From Cyanophora paradoxa CCMP329 (lineage: Eukaryota > Plantae > Glaucophyta), in contig QPMI01000599.1 of the NCBI GenBank assembly GCA_004431415.1, positions 1 to 64,000 on the forward strand: a DNA stretch of 64,000 nt, given 5' to 3'. The position numbers and the translations under genes are program-made. The notes beneath the pieces are model-generated. The model did not search any database. It had not been told where the DNA came from and saw nothing but the letters and a program-made list of their open reading frames with translations. This document shows positions 13,201-24,190 of the stretch, in pieces (position 1 is the stretch's first letter; each line of letters starts with the position of its first letter).

Positions 13201-14898
13201 GAGATTCCTTCGCATGCAAGTGCGTTAACGTTGCCTTAAGTTTGGGAACCGACGATCATGACTCGACAGACCGGCTGCTCTGGGCCGCCGCCTACGCTCT
13301 GGACGTCGAGGTCCAGCTCATCCTCGTCGACGAGTCCGGCCGCGTCACCGCCCTTCCCCCGTTCGCCCCGAACAGCACCGGCACCAACACCGGCGCCTAT
13401 CCTCAGCGCGAAGTGACGAAGATTCCGGAGCGGAGCCTGTCGGACTTCGGCATCGGCCGCCTGTACGTCCTACGCTACGTGCACCCGAGGACCAAGCGCG
13501 CCATGTACGAGGCGCTGGCGCCGCTGCCGGCCGCCGGTCGCCTCTGTGCCTGCTCGCCCCCGCTTCCCCGCGACTTCGCCTACCGCCAGCTCCCACAGGT
13601 CCGGAGCCGCCGCTCCCGCCGCCAGCTTTAATTTTCCATGCCGGGTTTCGGCTGAGGTTGCCTCCCGCGATCGGCAGTTGCAGACTGCACCCGAGAAGTC
13701 GAAGGTTGCCAGTTCGAAGCCGGCTTCCTCGAGCTCGAGCTCGACTCGAGCCGTCCAGGCACCCGCAGCCGTCCAGGAACGAGCCGGCCAGGCACCTGCG
13801 GCCGTCCAGGAACGAGCCGTCCAGGCACCTGCGGCCGTCCAGGAACCAGGCGCAAGCTCGGCTCCTGTGCACGTGCGTGCCGCAGTGCCAAGCCTCTCCC
13901 TGCTCGCGGTTTGTTCTGCATGTCTCTGATCGCTCGCTCTCAGGGTTGGCCACGGGCTCCCCGAGACGTGGTCACCGCCTCCGCCGTCCTTTTTGCCTGC
14001 CTCGCTTCGGTCCCTCTCTTCCTGCAGCGCCGGCGGCGGCGACTTGCGCCGGCGTCGGCGGCGTCGGCGGTAGAGGCGCATGCGGCGGTTGCAGCCGCCA
14101 CTGCCGCTAAGGCGCTCGAGGCTTCGGCGGTGGAGCTTGGGAGGGAGCTGGCGGCCGCCCGGAGCGGGGAGGCGGCGGCGCGGGCGGAGGCCGCCGAGGC
14201 GCAGGCGGAGGCGCGGGAGGCGCGGCGGGCGCGGAGGCGGCGGGGCAGCGGGCGGCTCGGGCGGAGCGGCGGGCGGAGCAGGAGGCGGCGGGGGCGCGGG
14301 CGGAGGCGGCGTCTCTGAGGGCGGAGCTGAAGGAGGCGCGGCGGGCGGCGCGGGAGGCGGCGGAGCATCAGAAGCGGCAGCTCGAGCAGGCGCGGCGCGA
14401 GGGGCGCGAGGCGGCGGCGGCGGCCGAGAAGCGGGCGACTGCGGCGGAGAAGCGGGCGGGGAGGCGGAGGAGGCGCTGGCGGCGCAGCGGGCGGCGGCGG
14501 AGCGGCGGCTGCGGGGCGCGCTGGGGCCGGTGCTGGAGGAGCTCGAGGCGGGGCTCGTGAGCCTGGAGCGGGCGGCGCTGCCGGGGCTCCTGCGGCGGCT
14601 CTGGCCGGCCATCGTGGCGGGGGCGCGGCAGCGCGAGTGCGCCGTCTGCCTCGGCGCCGTCCCCGAGGAGCACCTCCGCGTCCTGCTCCCGTGCGGCCCC
14701 GGCCCGGCCCCGGGCCCCGAGCGCTGCTCGCCTTTGCGCTCACGCCGCGGCGCGCGCGGCAGGTGCCTGCACGCGTCGGCGTGCGGGGCGTGCGTGGGGC
14801 GGCTGCCGGCGCGGCAGTGCCCGCAGTGCAGGGAGCCCTTCGAGCGCGCCGCCCGCGTCTTCCTCGCCGACCACGCGCCGGCGCCCGGCCCCGCCTAG
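7246..14898 (+). CDS. Large multi-exon protein: four tandem copies of an unrecognised domain, Ser/Ala/Pro-rich linkers, a coiled coil and a C-terminal C3HC4 RING (probable E3 ligase); start approximate
   Basis: Repeats at ~7493-8531, 9338-10375, 10836-11871 and 12374-13583 share DCAALCGEPRVPAGKASAADLEWLAQKRRL...FADxxGAxALxxRF...AAAxALDTEIQLIxVDESG...LSDFGIGRLYVLRY...YEALSPLP..CxCSPPLPRxFAY. In-frame splicing can be traced out of repeat 1 into the following linker. The end reads CAVC..LLP|CLHASACGAC..CPQC after an E/A/R-rich coil. Confidence 0.65.
13749..13846 (+). repeat. 33-bp coding tandem repeat x3 (RAVQAPAAVQE)
   Basis: gagccgtccaggcacc(c/t)gc(a/g)gccgtccaggaac occurs three times in tandem. 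Confidence 0.85.
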
Positions 14899-15679
14899 CC
14901 GCAGGCCTAGGCCTGCAGTTGCACATGGACACGCGCGGGTCGTTTTGTTTTTGGTTTTTGGTTTGGAATCAGCCCTCACGTGCCGCAGTGCGGCCTTGAA
15001 ATCATCGGATTATTCAAAGGGGGCCTCGGGGGCCGCCGGGAAAACATTAATGTACATGTAGCGACCGACTATTAAATTTGAGCGTAGAGCTCATGATCAG
15101 CGGCTGATCATGAGGATCCAGCGTGAATTACCAAAGACTACAGATATAGAGCGGCCGCCAGAAATACAGAATAGAGAGCTCGAGCCAAAGGCATAGAAGA
15201 GGAATTCGAACGCCGGCGCGCGGCGCGGGGGGGGGGGGGGGGGGGGGGGCAACGGTCCGATGTATATATAGCGCTCAGCTGCAGCGGCTAGCACGAAAAT
15301 AAAGCTCTCGTGCTCGTGATCAGTCTATAGCTGGTCACGATATCGATCGGCCCATCCACAGAACTTCGAATTCGGAGTGCACAGTACTAGTACCAAACCA
15401 AATCGCAAAATGTGATCATGAATCCAAGCCTGCCGTGCACGTGCAGCAGGCAATTGCAATCTACAAGGCTAAATTAGCAGTACTAGTGCTAAATTACACA
15501 GTACTAGTAATGTATACGTGGGATCTGCGGACTATCGTTGTGCGGACTACCGTTGTGCAGGCACTGGCCGCCGGGCAGCAGGGACCCGGGACTGCGCGAC
15601 ATGACTCATGGCCAATTTCATCAGCCCTGCAGCTGCGCATGCAGCTGGCAATCTAGGGCGACAGTGGCCGTTCCGCTCC

Positions 15680-18600
15680 TCAGTGGCCGTGGTGGCCGCA
15701 GCCGCCGCCGCAGGCGTGGTGCTCGTGCCTCTTCCCGAACACCGGCTCCACCTTCCCCGCCTGCGCCCCGGAGGCGGGGGCGTGAGCCGCGCGCGGAGAA
15801 GCGAGAAGCCCCACGGAGGACTCGGCGAAGCTCTAAATAAGGTCCAGGACCCCGCCCCGTCGGAGCACACGCAAGGCTCCGCTATGGAGACCAAGGGGGC
15901 CCCGGGGCGGGGCGGGGTGGGCCGGGCTGGGGCGGGGCGGGCCTTGACGTCCTGGATGAGGGAGAGGATGGCGGGGACGCCGAGCTCCCCCGCCTTCCCC
16001 AGCTCCCTGCGCCCCGCCCCCGCACATCTGAGTGATTGGGAGGCGGCGGGGGCCGTCGAGTCCAGGGGGAGGGCCTCGCCTGGCGTAGACGGCGTCGCCC
16101 ACCCAGAAGACGAGGGCGACGGGAGAGCGGATCGCGTGCTTCTCCGCCAGCTGCGCACCCCGCCGCGGCCGGTCAGCGGCGGGCCGCCCAGAGCGACCCG
16201 AGTTTATTCGCCCGCGGCGCGAGTCGGACGCGCGCCTTCTTGGGGCCCGGGTCGGCGGAGTCGGCGGCGAGGAACTGGACCCCCTGCACCTGCGCCGCGC
16301 AGACCGGAGTTCCGTCAGAGTTCGACGCGCCCGGCTGGGGCGCAGCGGCGGCGGCCGCGGGGGGCGGGGGCGGGCCTGGGGGTCGACGTCGACGGCGGCG
16401 CGCCAGGCAGCGGCGGCCGCCTCGCCGGGGGCCATCACGAGCAGCGCCGCCGGGTGCCGCAGCGAGCGCCCGTCCACGTACTCCTGCGGTCGCGGCGCCC
16501 GCGTTCAGCATCCGCGACCAACAGAGGCGAGGGCCCTGGGGTGTGTCGAGGCCCGAGGGCGGGCGGACCATGACGGGGAAGCCCTTCCAGGGGAATTTGT
16601 CGCCCTCGGGGTCCGCCTGCAGCCACTGCGCGGGGTGGGCGAGTCAGGCGGGTGACTGAAGCGAGCGAGATTCAGTAACTGGGCCTCTGGTGAGCTCTTA
16701 GACTTAGAGTCTCCGATTGTGCGCGCCGGGCGCCGGGGGCCGGGGGGCGGACGTGGGCGCCGAAGGGCGTGAGGGTCGCCCCCTCCTCGTCGAAGAGCGC
16801 GAAGTACCTGCGCCCCCACACGGGGCCACTTTGCGCGGGCCTCGAGCGGGCGGGCGGGCGGGCGCGGGGCCGGGGGCGGCGCACGGGGTGGGGGTCCACT
16901 GCGCGGCCTCCAGGCTCTCCAGCAGCCGCCGGCACTCCCCCGCCCCGCTCCGCGGCACCTGCGCCGCACGCCCTCAGATTGAGCGGACTCGGGGGTCGGG
17001 GAGGGGGGGAGGTGGGGGGGGGGGTGGGGGGGGTAAGGGGCGGACGCAGGGCCAGGGCATGCCGGCGACGAGGGCGTCGTACTCGGCGGCGCCGCACTCG
17101 CCCTCGGGCAGGAAGACCACCTGCCGCCCGGCCCCGCTCAGGCCGGGGCAGATCTAGACGAGCGCCGCCGAGCCGGGCGGGTCCGAGAGGGCGCGCCTCG
17201 AAGTTCGTCCCGGCCGCCTTGCGCTTGCCGTACACCTGCCGGGCGGCGCGGGGCTGGTTCAGCGCAAAGAGGCGGCCGCGGGCGAGCGCCGGGCTCGGCC
17301 GACGGGTGCGGACCTTCGCCAGGCGGGCCTTGAACTTGTCCACGTGGCGGCTCCTGGAGAAACGTGAGGGAAGAGACGGGCCTGGAGACGAATGCGATCG
17401 CAGCGAGGGCAACGCACGCGGGCCCCGCAATGGCGACCCCGAAGGTCTTCCCGCGGATCAGATCGGAGATGGGGGCGGCGGCGCCCGAGCCCGGGACCGA
17501 CGCCTGAGGGGCGCGGGGGGCGGTCGAGGCGGGCCGGCGGGCGCCGCGCTCCGCGGCAGGGATCGAGCGCCAGAGTCGGGGCGCGCATGCGCACCTCGAG
17601 CTTGAGCTCGGCGAGGAGGTCGAGGAACGGCGTCGGCCGCCACGGGAAGCGCGCGCCCTGCGCGGGGTCGCATCAGACGCGGCGGCGTCGCGAGGGGCGC
17701 GGCGAGGGGAAGGCGGGGGGGCGGGGCGAGCCTCGGGGTCGCGGTCCGTGACCTCGACGAGCGCCGTGCGCGTGACGGGCTGCGCGCGGGCGGGGGGCGA
17801 GCGAGTCGGACGAACAGCCCGAGCGCAATCGGAGGCGAGGGGGGAAGGCGAGGGGGAAAAGGCGGAAGCTAAGCTAACGGCAGCCAGCGGGCCCGCTCTC
17901 GCTCCGCGCCCGGCCCCGCGCGCGCGCACCTTGCCCTGCGTGGAGACGACGACGAGAGCCGGCGCCTCCGCCACCTGCGCCAGCCGCTCAGCGACGCCTG
18001 CAGGGCCCCGACGGCGGGGCGCGCGCGCACGCCGAACATCTTGCAGAGGTCGTGGACGCGCGCGCCGCCCTCGTCGCCGCCGCAGCGGAGGGCGGGGAAG
18101 GGCAGCCGCAGCGCCCCGCGCAGCGCCTCCCGCCCCGCCCCGTCCTCCTCCACCGGCACCAGCACCGCCTGCCGGCCCCCGTCAGCGGTGCGGGATCGCA
18201 CGCCTCCGGACAGAAGCTTCCAGGCTCGAACTGCTAAAGCTAGGGCTAGCACGCGCAGCACGCATCCCAGCGAGATCGAGGCCCGCTTGTGGCGAGGGCG
18301 GCGCGGCGGCAAGCGCCCCGCGGGGTCGGACCTGGAACGACTTGCCCTCGGCGTTCTTGCGGTAGAACTCGGCCACCTTCCCCGCGCTCTCCTCGCTCCT
18401 GCGACGCGGTTCGCGGGCGGCAGGGGCGAGGGCACCCGACGGGAATCGAACCCGCGCGATGCGAAGTAGAGGAGGAGGAACGATCTCCCGTCGAGGAACG
18501 GTCCCGCTGCCACCGCGTCCCCGTCCGCGCCTTCGCCGAAAGGCGAGTGAGGAGGACCGACGCCCAGGCGGGGCTGAGGGGGTACGCCACAAGGCCGAAT

Positions 18601-21305
18601 GGAAAGCGGAGGGGTACGCCGACGCACCCACGAACTCTGTTCCGACCGCGCGGCAGATGCCGGGGGGCTTAGGGGGCACGCGGGCGACCTTCCCGGCCTG
18701 CCGAGGCGGTGATCATGATCATGAGGAAAGGCGAGCCATGAGCGGGCAGTCTAGATCTCTATAGCTAGATGCATATGCTTGTTTGAACACGCAGTCCTTT
18801 AATAGTAATCTTCGTTCAGCGTGGAGTCTCTTAGCGTCATGTAGATCGTGGGCGCTCACGTTGGCCGCAGCGAGCCAGCGCGCGCGCACACCTGAACGTC
18901 ACCGTAGAACGACCGGATGGCGTCCGCGGTGATGTCCCCCGGCCCGTCCAGCGCCCTGCAGCGCCCTCGCTCGAAGGGCGGAGAGGGCGGAGTGGGGAGC
19001 GGAGAGGGATAGCTATATATATAGAGAGAGAGGCACGGGTACCGGGCGAAGAGAGTGTCGTCGTCCTGGAGGAAGACGAGGCAGCGCGGGGACGGTACCC
19101 CGAGGGCGGCCGCCAGGGGCTGTTGCACCCCGGAATCAGGGGAGGATCGGGCGGGGGGGCGGGTGCGGCGGGCCTGGGGGGAGTGGTCGCTGGGGGGGTG
19201 CAGGCCGTCGGCGGCGATGAGAGAGGCCCCCGGGCACGCGCCGGACTGCGCGGGGCGTGAGGGGCGCGCGGGGAGGGCGCAGCGGGGGGGACGGCGGCAC
19301 GCCTCAGCGGCGGCGCGGGCGGCGGCCCAGGCGGCGGCGGCCTCGTCGCCGGGGCCCATGACGAGCACGGCCGGCGTCTTGGCGCCCTGCACCGAGAACT
19401 CCTGCGCCCGGGTTCGAGGAGGCCGGCGAGAGGCTCGGCGCCGGCGGCGCACCCTCACGGGAGCCTCCCCCCGCCACGGGAAGAGGGACCCCTCCGGGTC
19501 GAGGTACGCGAACTGGAGAGGGGATGGGGTCGGGGCGGGTACGACCCGCTCGAGAGTTCTCGAGAACGCACGTGGTACCCGTCCGCCGTCAGGAGCTCTC
19601 CATTCTCGTCGAAGAGGCAGACGCAGAGCTCCTCCACGCTCTGTGGTACCCCCCTCCATGTGAGACCGGCCGAATAAGGTACTCCTGGGAGGGGCCGAAA
19701 GGGGGGTACCTGCATCGCCTCGACGGCCTCGTAGAGCTTCATACCCGCCGAGACCGACGCAGCGGCCGCCTGCGATAAAAGCTGAGCTCGCGGGGGTACG
19801 GCCTCCTTCGGACTCCCAACTGCGAAAGCGGGCGGCGCACCACGGGCCACGGGGCGCCTTCCGCGTGCGCCTTGCACTCCTCTACCCCCTCCTCCCCGTC
19901 GTCGAAGACCACGGGAAGCACAACGACCTGCGTACCCCGTCGGATTGAGGGCCCCAGAGTACCCCCGCTGGCGTCAATGTCGGGAGGGGATACCTCGAAG
20001 TTCTTGCCGGCCGCCTTGAGCTTCTTGTATATCTGCAGGGAGGGGGGGGGGGGTCAAATAGGGGGGAGGGGGGGGTACACGCGGATGGGCGCGCGCTCGC
20101 CTTCTCCAGCTGCTCGCAGAATTTCTCGTACTTGGACGTCCTGCGGGCGGGTACGCCAAGTCGGGGCGGGCTCAGAGGGGAACGCCCGAACCCGGGGGAG
20201 GGGTGCTCCGCACTCGCGCTGGAGCATGGCGAGCGCGAAGATCTTCCCCCCGACGACGTCCATGAGGGGTACCTCCCGAGCGCTGCCCGGCAGCACGACC
20301 TGGCGGGGGGTAAGCGGGGAGGTTCGCAGAGGGGGGTACGCCCCGGTCCCGGACCTGGATGTCGAGATCGGCAACGACCTGGCGCATGGATTTGATCCAG
20401 GGGAACTCCGCGGCCTGGGGTACAGTTCGAAAACAGGGCGAGATCATGCGCTCGGGAGGTACATGCCTCCGGATCCCCATCGACGTTATTCCGCGCGTCG
20501 CGCGAGACGAGCTGCGCACGCGGCGGGAATATCGGCGCCCGAGGGGGTTACCGCGCGGGGTCGGGGGTAGGAGAGGACGCACGTTGCCGTCCGCGTCGAG
20601 CAGAACGATAGTCGGGATTCCGACGAGCTGCGCGTGCGGGAGATCGGGGGACGCCAGCAGAGCGCTGCGGCAGCATTCGCGAGCTGCGTCTGCGCACCCC
20701 GAACTTCTTGGCGATCGGGGCGCTGAAGATGTCCTCCTCGTACGGCCGGGCCAGCCACGGCATCTTCGAGAAGTACGACTTGAACGCGCGGTCGTTGTTG
20801 TCCGCAGAAATGAACACAATCTGCGGGGGCGGAGCTCATGAGGGGCAGACTTGAGCTCCGAATTGGCTGACGGGGCGGGGCGGGCGCGGGGCGGTGCAGG
20901 CTTGCCTCGAACGACTTCGACGCGGCGTGCTTCTTGTAGAACTCCGCCAGCGTGGGCGTGAACACCTTGCACGGCCCGCACCTGGCAGCTCCGATCAGCG
21001 GGCGGGAGGGCGGGCTGGAGGCAGAAGAGACGCTACCATGATGCAGAGAAGTAGAGAAAGACGTACTTCTTGGACGCGAGCGCCTGCGGCGAGCCGCGGA
21101 CGCGGTACCGTCAGCGAGGCAAGCGCTGGCCAACAAACCCATCGAGCGACGCGCACCGACGCCGTGTCTAGCTCGGTCCCGCCCTTGCCTGCGTTGAATG
21201 ATCGAACGCAGCGCGCGTACGGCGGTCAGCGGATCGGAGCGCGATCTGTCGCCCGGCGACGGGCGGACCGACGAGCTTCGGTCCAAGAAGGTCGATGAGC
21301 GCCAT
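15680..21305 (-). CDS. Nucleoredoxin/tryparedoxin-like protein with the multi-thioredoxin module duplicated
   Basis: MALIDLLGPKLV...KKYVFLYFSASW|CGPCKVFTPTLAEFYKKH..SFE|IVFISADNNDRAFKSYFSKMPW...GIPTIVLLDADG...FPW is the classic NRX domain. Further degenerate copies follow (LLLYFASR..AEFYRKNAEGKSFQ; VYGKRKAAGTNFE; DPEGDKFPW). The protein ends KRHEHHACGGGCGHHGH. Confidence 0.8.
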
Positions 21306-21398
21306 CTCTATCGCTGCGCTGTGCTGCGGATCGAGTGCGAGGGGTCCTTCGACAATTCGGAGCTCGAGGCGAAGTGAGTGTGTGTGCTCCGGTACCCC

Positions 21399-21960
21399 TA
21401 GGGGCCCGGTTTATAGTCGTCCCCCTCACTCCTTCCCCGGTTTGACCCGGGCCCCTACGGCGTGAAAGCCAATAGGGGGGAGCTCCTCCCACATGTAGGA
21501 GGCGGGGGAAGACTTTGCAGCTGGCTTAGGCAGGTTACCTGTGGGGCATAAGCACTGGTAGCTCTCCTGTTTTCAGCATCCTTTCCACTGCAATGTGTGC
21601 GTTCCAGAGGGCTGTATCTGGGGGTGGGTTGTTCCAGCACACGTGTGCTTGCTCGTCATCATTCGGCGTCAGTTTCCCCCTGCATATCCTGCATCGCCGC
21701 GGCGCGAGTGACCACTGTTATTTTTGAGCTCCTTAGCCTCCTCCAGTGCTCGTTTCCGTTGTGAAATGACGCTCCGGCGTGCCCGTGATCCACTTGCAAC
21801 TTCAGTCGCCTGTTCACTAGAGCTAGCACTGGCTGCAGTCGCGGCCGAGCCCGAGAGCTGTAAAAGTGCCTGCACAGCTTCGATTTCGGGATTCGGAATA
21901 TTAATTGCATGCGCCGGCGCCATTGCGCCCTGCGGCTGTACATGTGCTTCAGTTCTTTCA
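21399..21960 (-). mobile_element. Possible transposon remnant: frameshifted CxxC..HxC coding fragment plus a structured terminus
   Basis: The minus strand reads ...RKRALEEAKELKNNSGHSR, then after a 1-nt frameshift RRCRICRGKLTPNDDEQAHVCWNN. Base composition is lower in GC than the flanking genes. Inverted repeats lie at 21399-21514. Confidence 0.35.
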
Positions 21961-22286
21961 CGGTCGCGATCGAAGTGACGGGCTACACGGCTGGCCGGGG
22001 GGTACGCGACGTTTGCGAGTTGCGCCGCCGCCTTCAGCTTTGCGGCCGAGGTCTCGGCTGGCGCCGGCGCCGCGCCGCCTGTGCGCAGATCTAGATGCGG
22101 ACTCGGCAGATAGTATTAGATGCTTAAGATGCGGATTTAGGCAGATAATTCCATCTCCCTTCAAGGCTTGCGCTGCTTTCGGATCGATATCCGGATCGAT
22201 ATCCTGCATTCGAGGGTGCGCGCCCGTTCACCTTGGTTCACCCGGCGCGCACAGCGGCGCGAAGGAGCGGAGCGCGCGGGGCGGCG

Positions 22287-23834
22287 CTAGAGGAGGCGCG
22301 GCGCTCCGTTCACGGAGATGGAGAGGGCCGGGGCGGCGGCGGCGGCGGCCTCCAGCAGGGGCGCGAGGGGCGCGGGGTCGGCGCCGGCCGTCTCGAGCTC
22401 GAGGTGGCGGATCGCGGGGGGGAGGTGCCCCAGGATCGGGGCGCAGGAGGGCGGCCGGGCGTCGGCCAGGCGGAGGGCGCGGAGCCCGCCCGAGGAGGCG
22501 AGGGCCGAGAGGAAGGGCCCGTGCGACGCCGCCCGGCTCGCCCCGTACCCCCCCTCGCCGCCGCGCAGCTCGAGCCTCGGGGCGCCGGAGCAGGCGGCCC
22601 CCGCGGCGAGGGCGGCGCCCAGCGCGCCGCGCAGGTCCACGCGAGCGCTCCGGAGGCGCGCGGCCCCCGCCACAGCGTCGCCGGCCGCCGCGAGGGCCTC
22701 CGCGTACCCCGCCTCGTCCTCCTCCAACTCGTCCTCGGGGGCGGGGGCGTAGGAGAGGGACTCCAGGCCCGGGGCGGCGGCGCGGAGGGCGGCGGCCAGC
22801 CAGGGTACGAAGGAAAGGGCCAGGGTACCCAGTTCCAGGTCCCGCAGGGAGGGGAAGGCGGCCCCGGGTACGGGGAGGGGCGGCGAGGGGGTCACGCGGC
22901 CCTCGCAGGCGTGCAACCCGGCGAGGCGGAGGGCGCGGAGGAGGGGTAGGGCGGCGAGGGCGGCGAGTCCCTCGCCGGCGCCCGCCAGGCAGCCGTAATC
23001 GCTGGAAAGGTCCAGGGATCGGATCCGTAGGGCGCCCATTCTCGAGATGTCCAAGGGTCGCTCGCAGAAGTCTGCGCGGAGGGGTGGCGGTGAGCCGGAG
23101 CGGGGCGGGGCGGGCGGCCGTTCCGAAAAAACGGGCACCCTCGAACATGCCGGCGCCGTCGGGGATGCCGGGCGCGCGGGCGGTGAAGCAGGAGCGGAGG
23201 GCGAGAGCGGAGGCGGGCCCTGCGGCGGCCGCCCAGCCGCGGGCCGCGCCGGAGAGCCGCACGCCCTCGAGCACCAGCTGCTCCAGAGAGCCGCGGGCAG
23301 CGACCGCCGCGATTTGATCCGTCAGGTCTCGCCCCAGCAGCTCGCCGCTCGGCAGGCAGACAGCGAAGGAGCGCAGCTGGAAGCGCGCCGCGGCCGCGAG
23401 GTCGGCCGCCCGCGTGGGCGACTCGAGCCGGAGGCGCGTCAGCAGCTCAGGGCGCGGGAGCATGTCGAGCAGGTCGGCGGCGCTGTGCTCTGGCTCGACG
23501 CCGGGCGGCCAGTCGTCCCCCACGATGCACGCCGTGTCCAGCCGCCGCGGCGGGCTCGCGAGGAGCTTCCGGAAGAGCAGCGCGCTCTCGGACACGCGCA
23601 CCTGTGCGAGGCCGTCGATTAGCTCCTGCGATGGCTTCACGCGCGGCGGGCCGGCGGCACCTCCCGGGCGAGCGCAGCGGGCCCGCCGGCCGCGTCGATT
23701 AGATCGCGGAACCGGCAGCAGACGAGACGCAGACGGGCCAGCGGCGCGAGGTCTTCGGGTCGCTGCACGGGCCGCGGCGCGACGAACGCGAAGATCGCCT
23801 CCAGCAGGTCCGCAGGCAGGGTCTCCATCAGCAT
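22287..23834 (-). CDS. F-box domain protein with degenerate leucine-rich repeats
   Basis: The N-terminus METLPADLLEAIFAFV...LARLRLVCCRFRDLI is an F-box motif. LxxLxL repeats follow (LLTRLRLE, IRSLDLS, LLRALRLAG, SLRDLELG, GLRALRLA, AIRHLELE). Confidence 0.75.
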
Positions 23835-24190
23835 GGCCGCGCTGGCGACGGCGCCGGAAAGACCACAGGCAGAGGTCGCTGAAAGAACTAGTCGGTCTCT
23901 GCGAGTTTGTACCGGTCTTCTAGTCGCCCGGATCTAGAGTCTGTACGGCCGCCCGGGGCCCCGGCCCGCCTGACGTGGCGCGACAGCGTACCCCCTTGGA
24001 ATCCGCTCGTTCGGGATCGATCGCAGTTCAGGTCCAGGCGGAAGCTGGTTCGGGTCCAGGTAGCGCAGATCGTCTAGCCCCAGCAGCTAGTTCGCGGCCC
24101 AGCGTTTCCCGCCGATCGATCAGCTCGTCAAAACACGACCTTCCGTTCTGCGCATCATCCGCCGCGGGAGATCGCTGAGCCTATCCGAGA

